Shown here piece after piece: positions 38,301-47,523 of a stretch of DNA of 64,000 nt. How positions within the stretch are numbered: position 1 is the stretch's first letter; each line of letters starts with the position of its first letter. The notes under the pieces are model-generated. The model made no database searches, had not been told where the DNA came from, and saw only the letters and a list, made by a program, of their open reading frames with translations. Both the position numbers and the translations under genes were made by a program. This DNA is from a virus. Location of the stretch: the IMG/VR virus record IMGVR_UViG_3300021170_000008, positions 32,001 to 96,000 of that record; one strand, written 5' to 3'.

Positions 38301-39821
38301 CGTGCATGGATTGCTCTCAAATCCAGTGATAGTGTTCCTATAGGTATAGGCATAGGAGTAGGCGTTCAAGGGCGCGTTGAACGATGTCGTGAAGGCATTC
38401 GGCCCGAATCCTCCGGCGATATAAATGTTCCCAATCCAGAGAGTAATAGACGGATCTCCAACGGAGACGATCTGAAATCCGACTACATTGGCCCAGTTAT
38501 ACTTACCCTGACCGGCCAAACCAACCGGAAGGAAGTTCGGCTTGGGGATGTCAATCTCGGTCCAGACAGGTACGCTGGTAGACTGATCGGGACCAACTTG
38601 GGCCAATTCCTCTGCTTTAGCGGAAGTCGCTGTCGGATCGGCGATATCGAAATTACCGCTTACGCCAGTAGCGACATTAGTGGCGACTCCAGGAAGCGTC
38701 TGGGTTGCTGTAGCTAGTACCGATGCTTGCATTTGAAGCTGGCTCGGAAGAATCTCTTTTTCGTAGTAATCAGTTCCGGATGCGCTATTGACCATTACCC
38801 GGATACGGAGATCGGTGAGTAGGTCAGGCTGGGAGATGCCGATAGCCACATGAACAACGTCGTCGGTTTCATATCCGTCGTCCGGCTGACCGTCAAAATT
38901 AGCCGGTACCGGACTGACAGATCCACCCGGCAATGGGATTACAGTTACGGTCCCAGGAGCAGCCGTGGGAGTGTCTGTTATGAATCCCGAGATGACCTGT
39001 TGGCCAGCTACCGGGGTCCCCGGAAGGTAGACCTGGAATGACGTACTCGTGGTCTGTTCTACGATCCCAAGGTTGATGGCTCCGACCTTAACTAATAGGC
39101 CGACAATAATACCTGACATGGAGACAGGAGTTATGGCCACTAACCCAGGGCCGGTTCCTGATACAGATAAGATAGTCGTATTGATTCTGGAGTTATTATC
39201 TACAACCGCAAGCGGAGTGCCTGCGCCGTTCTGCGGCAAAAGTGTTATCTGATCAAGCCGTGCCTGTACTGGTTGCGTCGGAGGCAAGATCCCCCAGCGC
39301 TGAATAATCGTAGTCGGGATACCGCTGCCGTCTCCGCTGTTCAGGAATCCGGTATCTTTGAGCATTTTACGCTGAGCGCCGATGAAGGCGTACGGCGTAC
39401 CGTTCGCGCCGGAGTTGTAGCGCGTCAGGGAGAATCGCTGCTGGTCGTAGGTGGCTTGGACATCGGCGCAGTCCCCGGCCACGCTATGGAACGTCTGTGT
39501 GGCACCGGTGGGTGCTAGGGGACCGGTCGCTCGAAAGATCTCGCCGCCATTTCCACAGTAAAAAACATCCGTTGTCGATGATGTCCGGAGCTTATTGATG
39601 GTATGAATGAGAGACAGGCTGATCGGCCCAGTTTGCCGAATCCAGCCGGTATGAGCCGTAACTCGCCTATTCCCCGGTCGCTGAGTGATCACCCCCTCTT
39701 GGATGGATGTGATATTAGTGGCTTCCGATAGCTCCCCATCCTGTAGCTGCGCCACGTCTTTCTTTAGCACCAACCCCTTAACGGAGAATGGTACGACAAC
39801 GGGATTGAACGGAGTAGGCAT
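35379..39821 (-). CDS. tail hub / DNA stabilization protein (P22 gp10 / T7 gp12-like), 1480 aa
   Basis: N-terminal N....G....RPG, propeller region, four C-terminal G.P..K repeats; follows adaptors. Confidence 0.65.
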   Translation of the reverse strand: MPTPFNPVVVPFSVKGLVLKKDVAQLQDGELSEATNITSIQEGVITQRPGNRRVTAHTGWIRQTGPISLSLIHTINKLRTSSTTDVFYCGNGGEIFRATGPLAPTGATQTFHSVAGDCADVQATYDQQRFSLTRYNSGANGTPYAFIGAQRKMLKDTGFLNSGDGSGIPTTIIQRWGILPPTQPVQARLDQITLLPQNGAGTPLAVVDNNSRINTTILSVSGTGPGLVAITPVSMSGIIVGLLVKVGAINLGIVEQTTSTSFQVYLPGTPVAGQQVISGFITDTPTAAPGTVTVIPLPGGSVSPVPANFDGQPDDGYETDDVVHVAIGISQPDLLTDLRIRVMVNSASGTDYYEKEILPSQLQMQASVLATATQTLPGVATNVATGVSGNFDIADPTATSAKAEELAQVGPDQSTSVPVWTEIDIPKPNFLPVGLAGQGKYNWANVVGFQIVSVGDPSITLWIGNIYIAGGFGPNAFTTSFNAPLNAYSYAYTYRNTITGFESNPCTLMLDTNTVTPLRQRVKLTLISSSDNQISGAPANPSAPTTNNAAIAVYRSGGAFSDGLYRFLGYAINSVDINQIPQVVTFVDSQSDASIINAPIISFDNDPPVLSTLPTPLTASFVSYTAGTGKIGVNAFKVNIISGLSTTDLTSFLRVGSTLTIAPNTSKQETAYVIAVSPVTITAYFQYDHTDAATLGTSVFVSCDAVCAQPARFTVAAFDAVFCAGDQNNPHVLYKSKNGRPEAFPVEEFNTGVFDQINVGSPSNAIMNITEFNGEILCMNLEKLYLVAVFEGQMQSPVETLAERGLYGSMAWCRAQNEIWYLGYDGIYSWSGGRAVKRSEAIDPLFHGYTIGPYEPIDLTGNSNNPGAITGVTITSGGSFYGFAPQVVFSGGGGSGATATATVSGGQVTSVTITNGGSGYTSTPLVSFIEPGGSGASGTVQISLPEIAPKDIITMMYSKQRIYMVYAGISGSYHRLRYDMLYDRWSMEDIGDLDPHNPVGGVAVTAQYAEQDDGFRYDINSSQTVESNTLIAKSVTLTPNTTANLYFDDVGTSEGWINAYSDGAGIAYAFESAAYTAGQPSINKQFADYVLETNNDGGAINVQVTYDYSLTPDPTDSVTLAAGAAQGRRRIPQRFQNGFGKEAYAIQMRFSGTTTTNVNFYTNTFNVFSLDQIQVGRAFDWDDLGTPDDKRLYEISIWYDMKSTPHTWTMDTITGITNSQVVTQGVQSFTLEPLTGTFTGPSWTQVTFPINDGTIVKKIRLRPTTLDANAQIVRKYKISFEKYPPDVLFWTEWSDLGHPYEKVARNLVMNIDTAGVPCTIQIQADGTTRKTITVTTNFNDRERIIGLNSEQDPRLLVGRLWRIVLTPGNGGKAQVFTTGLDYIPEPAELVWYDSFETNMGYPGWKALKECWLTYWSSGPLTVTFYVENAVEFYQLVLPAHANRDTERFYFPAKLDGVLNKSRNYRFQLSTPCPDPGSATS

Positions 39822-40054
39822 TAAGACATCCTGGTGGCGAGATACGTGAAAGCTCCCCCTGAATTCAGGTAGACCCCGCCCACGGGAACACCGGCTGCGC
39901 TGGCGGCAGCGTCGCTAGCAGCGATAACAAACGGAGTCACCACAACACCAGAACCCAAACCAAGCACCGTGTCAGTTGTTTGCGCGAATGTGGCGGATTG
40001 GGCTAGATCTTCCACGTAGAGCGGCCTGGGCTGTACTGTAATTGCATCTGGCAT
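39821..40054 (-). CDS. small structural protein
   Basis: A.AAGVPVGG.Y motif; coupled to neighbours. Confidence 0.6.
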   Translation of the reverse strand: MPDAITVQPRPLYVEDLAQSATFAQTTDTVLGLGSGVVVTPFVIAASDAAASAAGVPVGGVYLNSGGAFTYLATRMS

Positions 40055-40881
40055 TATTGTGCATTCTCCTGTTCAAAGGCTTGGCTCATTATAGCCCCAA
40101 ATAAGTTAATCCCCTCAGTGTAGCGAGCATTCGCGTAGACGGCCTTAAATTCGTCCTTTTGCTCTCCGTCCTGAGACCATATTCTTGCCAAGATTCCGTA
40201 CTTTATATACGGCGTAGCGCTATCCGGAATCAAGTCGATAGTGTCTCCCAGTTGCCAGTTTGTGATCTTCCTGGGGATCGCTGTTGCTATCGTTTCTAGA
40301 TTCGTAACAGAGACCGTCATCGATGCGATAGTCCCAAATAGTGGCGTCAGAGTCTCCAGGTAAGGCGTTCCGGAAAATCCATTTATGGTTCCAAAAAGGC
40401 CAGCAGGTGGTCCTATGATCTGGAGATCGTTCGTATTTGAAGTCGCGGCGATCTGACCATATAGACCTTGACCAAGTAGCGTATTTACTGGATCTCCGTT
40501 TTCATTTGGTATTGGGCTCACTTGAAGCTGTTTGGCCTGAACTTCGTCCTGCTTCCAGGTTGTAGGGACATCAGTGGTACCAGCCCAGATTGAATCGGAG
40601 TTGTCCAAGTAGAATGTACTTGTGCGATGCAGGTAGGACTGGTCGTACGCTGCATAGACAGTATCGCTTACGTAATCGCTGATCGTATAAGTATCAACCC
40701 CAGCCTGAACATCGATGCAGTTTAATTTTTTAGCGAGACTTACTTTGGTCATGAAATCGTTGACCACTTCGCCGAACCATCCCAGAAAGTCGTTAACAGT
40801 GATGAGACCGAGCACGAGCCCGCCCGGTTCTAACAGTTCGTCGCAAATTTGAAGATAAACATCCCGTACTTGCGTAGCCAT
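40054..40881 (-). CDS. head-tail adaptor-like protein
   Basis: Adaptor-like layout; synteny. Confidence 0.55.
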   Translation of the reverse strand: MATQVRDVYLQICDELLEPGGLVLGLITVNDFLGWFGEVVNDFMTKVSLAKKLNCIDVQAGVDTYTISDYVSDTVYAAYDQSYLHRTSTFYLDNSDSIWAGTTDVPTTWKQDEVQAKQLQVSPIPNENGDPVNTLLGQGLYGQIAATSNTNDLQIIGPPAGLFGTINGFSGTPYLETLTPLFGTIASMTVSVTNLETIATAIPRKITNWQLGDTIDLIPDSATPYIKYGILARIWSQDGEQKDEFKAVYANARYTEGINLFGAIMSQAFEQENAQ

Positions 40882-40884
40882 GGA

Positions 40885-41538
40885 CTAATCTTTCTGAACT
40901 GTCTCCGGGATGTAAAATTTTGGCATAACGGTTCCGCGCCAGATACTTGCTCGTTTCATGATATGGAGATACTGCTGGTAGTAAGCCGCAGACTGTTTGA
41001 ATAGCGCCGCCGTCTCTTTGATCGTGACTACCTGGGAAGCCATCAATACCACTGGGTCAGTATACTCATTGGGGATCACAACAGTGTCCGTGTCATTCAC
41101 CAGAAGCGCCGGTTCTGCTACCCCGGTCATCGTTAGAGCGGCTCCGCCGAGTGAGTCAGCAGGATGTATAGCGAACTTCTTAAAACCGCAGGGGACCCAT
41201 TGGGACACCGGCAAGGCGGTGTTGTCTGTAGTATCCCTAACCCAAGTAGCGTTTGACTTACCGATCTGGTTGGCGAAGGTCTTCTGGAGGTAGGTATCTT
41301 CGAACTGGACTCTGATAGGTATGAAGATCGATTCCGGAACGTCGTACCACACGCGCCCTGGTTCGGTTATTCCAGTGCCGACCGGAACGGTCGTCTGGAT
41401 CATCCCGGTGAAGTTATTAAAGCAGCGGATACACTCGTTGATAGCGTTAGTTAGCTCAGATTCCGCGTAGAAGAGTCGATTGTCATCGATACGTGAAAAT
41501 ACGCGGTTTTTGAGTTGTAGGAGCGTGACCGTTGGCAC
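40885..41538 (-). CDS. head-tail adaptor-like protein
   Basis: TL..LK.RV..R.D...EL...INE N-terminus. Confidence 0.6.
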   Translation of the reverse strand: MPTVTLLQLKNRVFSRIDDNRLFYAESELTNAINECIRCFNNFTGMIQTTVPVGTGITEPGRVWYDVPESIFIPIRVQFEDTYLQKTFANQIGKSNATWVRDTTDNTALPVSQWVPCGFKKFAIHPADSLGGAALTMTGVAEPALLVNDTDTVVIPNEYTDPVVLMASQVVTIKETAALFKQSAAYYQQYLHIMKRASIWRGTVMPKFYIPETVQKD

Positions 41539-41549
41539 GTCGCCTCATC

Positions 41550-41861
41550 TTACTTCCCGATAATATCGCCGCGATTAAACGTCTTGCCGCCGGGCTCGTT
41601 CATGCGCTGCCACGATCTCCGCCGGACTTCGTTCTCGCCGAAGATGTGCCGCACAAACTCTTCTTCGCGACGTTCCCACTCAGGCTCCGCAGGCCCACGT
41701 ACCGCAGCAGACAGTGGCGTTGTCGGGCTGTAGCTGGTCATGTCGTCGATAGGACTGAGATAGTCCTCGAAGTGCCGACCTGAGAGATGATCTGAGGTGA
41801 CATCTGGCTTCGGTGGTTCGTATCCAGGGACAGGAGCTACTTGTGCTTTACGGTTACCCAT
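41550..41861 (-). CDS. hypothetical protein
   Basis: ORF in structural operon. Confidence 0.55.
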   Translation of the reverse strand: MGNRKAQVAPVPGYEPPKPDVTSDHLSGRHFEDYLSPIDDMTSYSPTTPLSAAVRGPAEPEWERREEEFVRHIFGENEVRRRSWQRMNEPGGKTFNRGDIIGK

Positions 41862-41883
41862 AAGTATTGCTCAGAAGTATTCG

Positions 41884-42024
41884 TTAATACCTGCTAGCCT
41901 TGCGGCCCTTTTTGCCGCGTTTCTTTTTCATGTCGTGGCCGAACTGTCCCATACTTCCGCCTGATCCGCCAGCCATGCCATCGTTTCCACGGCCTTTCAT
42001 GACTTTCTTTTTGCGTTTTGCCAT
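41884..42024 (-). CDS. 46-aa Lys/Arg/Gly-rich peptide
   Basis: SD GGAGG; MAKRKKKVMKGRG...KKKRGKKGRKASRY; below ORF-track cutoff. Confidence 0.6.
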   Translation of the reverse strand: MAKRKKKVMKGRGNDGMAGGSGGSMGQFGHDMKKKRGKKGRKASRY

Positions 42025-42055
42025 TTATTACCTCCCCGCTATTATTATCGGATAG

Positions 42056-43213
42056 CTAGAACATCCAGTCTCCGTCCGCCGAAATTGCGTGATCTTGCTC
42101 GTAATTCGAACCCCGTACTCCCCAAGCATCGAAGTTCCAGGTATAGTCGGTCTGCGCCTTCGAGTTGTCAGCGTTAATTAAATCAGCTACCCCGCGTTCG
42201 AACTTCTGCTCGTAATCGTCGGCAGCTTTGGGGTTGTACCACGGATCGTCAAACTTGGGAGGCTGAGGGAACTTCATACGGAAAGCGTCCGCCAGAGCGC
42301 CGTGGATCAGAACCGTAGGGTTCAAGAAGTATGGCGGACGATCTCCTGGGGCAACCATGTCTTTCCACTGCTTGTAGTATGCGAAGTACAAATTGTACTG
42401 GACTAAGCTTGGTGGATAGATTTCGTACTGCATATTCCCTTGGGCATTGGGGATATAGTCAGCCAACCAGATCGGTGAATTTGAGTTCTGCCTAATAGGA
42501 TCGTTTGAATTCAGCCATTTTTGCGGAACGTGAATGTTCAACGGTAGCGGCTGGATCGGGTCTATGACGAAAAAGATCTCCTTGATGTCGCTTGCCAGCG
42601 TCGTGTACGCCAGGACTATCTGATACCCGGCGTCGGTCAGCGTCGTCGCGCCCCAGGCGTTGTCCAGGATCAAGCCGGTTGAGCTAGTAACGCCCAGGAT
42701 CGTGTAGTACGGGTTATTCGAGCTTATAAGTAACTGAAGATTGGCCAGGGAACTTTGAGTAGCCGTACAGCCGCCGTTGTGAGATACCTGGAAATTAGCC
42801 AGTGCCTGCGTGCCTCTAATTTGCTGGATCGTAACAATCTCCGGGGTACCAGTGGCATCGACATATAAGATGGAGTTATCGTTGATGTTCGACATCGACG
42901 CCGGAGTGAACCACTGGTTGCCTGGGCGCGTGATTCCGTTCGGGATGATTGTATTTACGACATCGGAGACAGGCCATGCCGTGGCGGTCCCGGTGACTAT
43001 ATTTGAGCCCGTTGTTAGTGTGACTCCACCGGTGGTGTAGGCCGCAGGGATCGACAGAACGCCACGCGCCGCGAGTCCAGCCCAGTAGGGACGACGATCT
43101 AAGATGGTTCTAATTCTGTCGTTCAGTAAATCAATTCCCAAAGAACGATCCAGATTTGGCCGACTACGTATAAGTCTCCCGAGCAATGTTGCGCACGTGT
43201 CCGGATACTGCAC
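42056..43213 (-). CDS. head-tail adaptor-like protein with beta insertion
   Basis: Synteny; YTTG.V..T.GS..VTG.. insert. Confidence 0.55.
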   Translation of the reverse strand: MQYPDTCATLLGRLIRSRPNLDRSLGIDLLNDRIRTILDRRPYWAGLAARGVLSIPAAYTTGGVTLTTGSNIVTGTATAWPVSDVVNTIIPNGITRPGNQWFTPASMSNINDNSILYVDATGTPEIVTIQQIRGTQALANFQVSHNGGCTATQSSLANLQLLISSNNPYYTILGVTSSTGLILDNAWGATTLTDAGYQIVLAYTTLASDIKEIFFVIDPIQPLPLNIHVPQKWLNSNDPIRQNSNSPIWLADYIPNAQGNMQYEIYPPSLVQYNLYFAYYKQWKDMVAPGDRPPYFLNPTVLIHGALADAFRMKFPQPPKFDDPWYNPKAADDYEQKFERGVADLINADNSKAQTDYTWNFDAWGVRGSNYEQDHAISADGDWMF

Positions 43214-43214
43214 C

Positions 43215-43877
43215 TTATGCCGCCTCCCACTGAACGGTGGCTAGGCGGTACTGGAGCGTGCGGATTTCTTCTAGCGTGAGGGGATCGTTCTGATAATTGT
43301 TAAGGTGGAGAACAAAGCGATGACACCGGACGCAGGCCGTAAGACCGTTAGCTACATCAAAACGGAGACCAGGATGACTAGCGAAAGTTTTAATGTGATG
43401 AGCGTGTAGTCGCCCTCCACGCTCCCGGCAAATCTGACAGGTATAATCGTCGCGAACCAAGACCGCCTTAATCCATTCCCTGCCCTGCGTGGATTCTCTC
43501 TGTCTTTTTTTTTCTGGAGTTACTCCACCCTTCCAGTTAATATTAGCCGACCCTCGGACCTGTTCCGAAGAAAATATATTTCCGCCTGGAATAGGCCCGT
43601 ACTTGGAAAATATAGCCTTACCGCTAGCTATAGACTTCTTAAGCCTCTCGGGGCGCACATTAGAGCAACGGTTACATAAACCGAGATTTGGCTGATCTCG
43701 GTCATACTGTACGACGCGAGTATATCCGCAGTCTGGGCAGGTTAGTGGACCGATTATGCCGGTTTTTCTTAGATGAGACCTCTGTTCTGCTAGTTGCTTT
43801 CTCTTAGCCACAGAGGCTGCTATCCCGGACTTATAGCCATTCGTCTCCGTAGTCCGTTTAGCCGAGCAAGATACCAT
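43215..43877 (-). CDS. HNH endonuclease
   Basis: WKGG, V..RDDYTCQIC, HAHHIK, NGLT.C..CH. Confidence 0.9.
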   Translation of the reverse strand: MVSCSAKRTTETNGYKSGIAASVAKRKQLAEQRSHLRKTGIIGPLTCPDCGYTRVVQYDRDQPNLGLCNRCSNVRPERLKKSIASGKAIFSKYGPIPGGNIFSSEQVRGSANINWKGGVTPEKKRQRESTQGREWIKAVLVRDDYTCQICRERGGRLHAHHIKTFASHPGLRFDVANGLTACVRCHRFVLHLNNYQNDPLTLEEIRTLQYRLATVQWEAA

Positions 43878-43892
43878 AGAAGTACTTGAGTA

Positions 43893-44651
43893 TCAATCAG
43901 CTACAACAAAAAAGTTAGTTGAGTCTGTGATGATTGTTGCGTTTTGACCGGCAGTGAGAGTGATCGCCGCAGCGCCAGAAATTTGACCTGAAGCTGGAGT
44001 AGCCGTTACTGTTCCCGTCGCATGGATAGTAAAAGGTTTGCCTCTTACGTATCCAGCCGGTGCCGGTATTGTAAGAGCACCAGCGCCACTAACTACCCAA
44101 CGGTCACGTACCGTAAGCGTCGCCGGTGGAGTAGGCGTGCTGATCTGATACTCCGGGTCCCGAGTCATAGTAAACCAGTTAGTCCCGTCCGTCATGCAGG
44201 TGAAGTCTTCCTGCGACATGATCGTTTGACTACCTGGGGTAGCTACACCATCCAATGAACCTGCTGCCGTAGAAATCGTAACTGGTTGCGCGGTTGCTTT
44301 GATGTCGTATTGGTGTTGCGAAAGCGCCGTAGAGGGAGCAGGTAGCGTCACCGTCCCCGCAGCCGTAATGAACAGGTACCGGTCAGAAGAAGCTAGCGTT
44401 GCAGATCCAGCCACTGTCCTGGTAGCGGTACCTCCGCCAGTAATCGGACCAGACGTGAATACTGGGCTAGATCCAGCGGTAGTACACACCCAGAACGCAG
44501 GTGCGCCGATTGTGCCACTTAAATTGAGGATCAGATCCCCAAGCTGAATGACGCCACTAGTGTTGGTCGTTGGAATATCCGCCGCTCCGGTATCGGTAGC
44601 GAAGACATTCTGTCTGCCGAATTGGAATTCTTTTGCGTCTAATAGCGCCAT
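43893..44651 (-). CDS. capsid decoration / head fibre-like protein
   Basis: Tandem T.TLP...DGTNW repeats; follows capsid gene. Confidence 0.55.
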   Translation of the reverse strand: MALLDAKEFQFGRQNVFATDTGAADIPTTNTSGVIQLGDLILNLSGTIGAPAFWVCTTAGSSPVFTSGPITGGGTATRTVAGSATLASSDRYLFITAAGTVTLPAPSTALSQHQYDIKATAQPVTISTAAGSLDGVATPGSQTIMSQEDFTCMTDGTNWFTMTRDPEYQISTPTPPATLTVRDRWVVSGAGALTIPAPAGYVRGKPFTIHATGTVTATPASGQISGAAAITLTAGQNATIITDSTNFFVVAD

Positions 44652-44669
44652 GATTTATTCGGCCTCCGC

Positions 44670-45305
44670 TTACTGCGTATTTATTGCGTGGAAATTAGTT
44701 CCGTCCGTAAACACCGTAAAGCTCTTTAAGGTGGTGAGTGTGAACGAAGCGGTTGTGTCCACCGTCCCAGAAACTGGTGTCAGCGTTAACGATCCAGTGC
44801 TCTCATTTATGATCGTGTACGGCCTTCCGATACCCAGCGTAGTCGGGATCGTTACCGTAGCCGCCGCGCTCAAGATCAAATAGCGTGTATTTGGCGAAAG
44901 CGTCGTCGCGCCAGCAGCGGTCGTTATACCGGTAGCGGCACCACCGGGGGTAATGGCTCGCCAGACGCTGTTCGCTGCATCAGCCTCCAGCCACACCGCA
45001 TCGCCGCTATTAGAGATCAACGCAACGTCGCAAGTATCCCCTGAAGCCGGAGTAATAGTCGTCGGGAACTGGGCGATGTTCTTGATCAGTAGAGTGTACC
45101 CGTCACTGATCCCAGGAGTCGTTCCAGGAGTTCCCGGAGCCGTCGGCGGGACCTGATTGATCTTCGGTAGCGTCACCGTTCCACCTGCGGCCAAGTTCTG
45201 GATCAGGTACATCGGAGTTGGCGTTTGGCTGGGTCCGGTACCGAGAACTAAGGCAACATTGGTGTTGATGAGATTGTTGTATCCGGTGTTTGTAAAACTA
45301 TACAT
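44670..45305 (-). CDS. capsid decoration / head fibre-like protein
   Basis: TVTLP and TDGTNF repeats. Confidence 0.55.
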   Translation of the reverse strand: MYSFTNTGYNNLINTNVALVLGTGPSQTPTPMYLIQNLAAGGTVTLPKINQVPPTAPGTPGTTPGISDGYTLLIKNIAQFPTTITPASGDTCDVALISNSGDAVWLEADAANSVWRAITPGGAATGITTAAGATTLSPNTRYLILSAAATVTIPTTLGIGRPYTIINESTGSLTLTPVSGTVDTTASFTLTTLKSFTVFTDGTNFHAINTQ

Positions 45306-45318
45306 TTAATGAACCTCG

Positions 45319-46326
45319 TTAATTGATTGACTGCTTGCCTTTCTCCGGCACGGCGTCTACCGTAGCCTTGAATAACTCCGCAAAAGATCCCTTTGGCTTC
45401 TTACTGGATTTTCTGGATTCGATCATTCTGCGCTTTTCTATGGTGGTAAAATCCACCGAAGTAACATACGATCCGCCCCAGAATACTTCCCGGTTAAATT
45501 CCAACGGCTCCGGCCTGACAGCGCCGGGCATACACCAATATGCACATACCTTTTCCATGTACTTGTGAACCAAGGAGTGCTCGAACTTACGCAATACGGC
45601 TAAGTTTTCTACACGATTGTCCAACTTGATGAGATTCAAGTGGTGAACCACTTCGTCGATCTCCAGATATCTACCAATAGCCGACTCAGCCACATAGCGG
45701 TGCTCTGACACATATCCTTCCGGATTGGCACCAGGATGTCCCGGCATCTGGATTTTACGATAACCCTGACATTCAAACCGGTAGGTATATTTTTTCCTGT
45801 TTGCCTCAAGCCTTCTGCTGGCGACTTCGGATCTATCGATACCCAGGCCATATCGGATAATGTTGGTTCTGACGGTGGATTCGCCACATCCAAAATGCTT
45901 GCAGATTTCCCCCATGGTCTGTTTTTTATTAACGTACATCTCGTGGAGTTCTTCGCGCGGAATCTCGTGGACGACTAGCGCTGTCTCCCGCCTGATCCCA
46001 TGCCTTTTCCGATAAATGGCCACAGTTACATTACTCACGCCAAGCTGGCGACCAATTTCAGCATCCGTCAATTTTTGGTCAATATATAGTGCCCGCAGTT
46101 CGTCAGCCGTCAATTTAAACTTCCTGGGCGGAGCTACGTACGGCAGGCGGTCTACCTTTAGCCGAAGGGCGATCTCTTTCTGGATACCGTACTCCTTCAA
46201 GCGCTTCTCCACTACGCCGCCAGAGACGCCAAAATACTTGGCGATGTGCGTCACCTTCATATTCCGGGTAATGTACATCTCCCGGAGCGTCTCTGCGGTT
46301 TCGTTGAATGTTCTTGGTCTGGCCAT
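45319..46326 (-). CDS. HNH endonuclease with three HTH repeats
   Basis: YVSEHRYV.E..IGR.L...EVVHH.N..K.DNR.ENL; leaderless promoter TTGACG-17-GATCAT. Confidence 0.85.
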   Translation of the reverse strand: MARPRTFNETAETLREMYITRNMKVTHIAKYFGVSGGVVEKRLKEYGIQKEIALRLKVDRLPYVAPPRKFKLTADELRALYIDQKLTDAEIGRQLGVSNVTVAIYRKRHGIRRETALVVHEIPREELHEMYVNKKQTMGEICKHFGCGESTVRTNIIRYGLGIDRSEVASRRLEANRKKYTYRFECQGYRKIQMPGHPGANPEGYVSEHRYVAESAIGRYLEIDEVVHHLNLIKLDNRVENLAVLRKFEHSLVHKYMEKVCAYWCMPGAVRPEPLEFNREVFWGGSYVTSVDFTTIEKRRMIESRKSSKKPKGSFAELFKATVDAVPEKGKQSIN

Positions 46327-46366
46327 AATTGATGATCTCACGTTTTGTGTGGATCGTCAAGTTATA

Positions 46367-47452
46367 TTACAACAATGAGGTGCCCACGAGCTTAGCCGAG
46401 GTTCTGGGATTAGCGCAGACCAAATTTCCAGCCCAAACGAACTGCCCTGCTACGTCGAGAGATTGCTGCGCTTCCTTGAATCCAGTGAACCCAAACTGCG
46501 CCGATTTCGCATCAGAACTGAACATTTCGAGGTAGTTGGTGTTCAAAAGTAGCATGACCCCGTTAACAGAATCTGACGGCAAATATTTGTCTACGACGAC
46601 AGTGCTCGCGTTGAACTGGAACGCATTGAAACCGATCTTCCCCACGTCCGTGCCGCTGGCGTCCATGTTGTAGCGCTGGAGCGGCTGGATCGAGTTCCAC
46701 ATCCGGTTGTAGCCGGTCTGCGTGGTCGTGATCAGGTCCGGAAAATCTCTTCCAAACCAAGCGTTTCCGTATGCCGTATTTACGTCATTTAGCGTAAATG
46801 GGCTGAACGACCGGTTGGTATAGGAGTTTAATCCCTGGATCGCACTAGTAGGCGTCGTCGCGCCGGTGAACACCGGGGCCGTGGTGAAGAAGTCGGATCT
46901 CGTCTGTCCGCCGACCGCTAAGAACGACTTGGTCGAATCCGTGGCCGTCGAGTACGATCCGGAGCTATTCCCGTCGTCTACCCAGGCCAGAAGTCCATCA
47001 AGTGACTTCGTACCAGACAGAGCGCCGGTAAACGGCGGTGCTACAGAGGACTGACCGTCCTGGTAGAGCGCCGTCGCGATCAGCTTAGCCATCGTCATCG
47101 AAGCGTTAGCGAACTTCGACTCGACGATTGAGAATGCCGCCTGCGGACCACGGTTTAAGATGTTATCGATGAAGTACAGGCTGACGTTTACGTAAACCGT
47201 CTTCACGTTCACCGTTACCGCCGTGTCGGTGGTAACGTAGGCGATATTTATAGCATCGCCCTTCCCGAACCAGTCTCCGTTAAGCTGTGCGTATATCAAC
47301 GGAGACTGGATGTAGGTACCACCCGCGAATCGCATTCTCCGGCGTCCCAACATCCGCGCCAGAAGTGGCGACTCTTTAAAAATTACATCGGTCGTTCTCT
47401 CGACGATGTACTGCTCTGTATAAGCAGTCAGATCCGATAGCGATAGCGCCAT
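46367..47452 (-). CDS. major capsid protein
   Basis: 361 aa after scaffold; GG..I..P..YA and GL motifs typical of HK97-fold capsids. Confidence 0.8.
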   Translation of the reverse strand: MALSLSDLTAYTEQYIVERTTDVIFKESPLLARMLGRRRMRFAGGTYIQSPLIYAQLNGDWFGKGDAINIAYVTTDTAVTVNVKTVYVNVSLYFIDNILNRGPQAAFSIVESKFANASMTMAKLIATALYQDGQSSVAPPFTGALSGTKSLDGLLAWVDDGNSSGSYSTATDSTKSFLAVGGQTRSDFFTTAPVFTGATTPTSAIQGLNSYTNRSFSPFTLNDVNTAYGNAWFGRDFPDLITTTQTGYNRMWNSIQPLQRYNMDASGTDVGKIGFNAFQFNASTVVVDKYLPSDSVNGVMLLLNTNYLEMFSSDAKSAQFGFTGFKEAQQSLDVAGQFVWAGNLVCANPRTSAKLVGTSLL

Positions 47453-47523
47453 GATTTAGGCTCCCAATTCCCCTTAATTTTGACTAAACTTCGAACCTTC
47501 TCGTGGCGTACGCTGCCGCAAAA

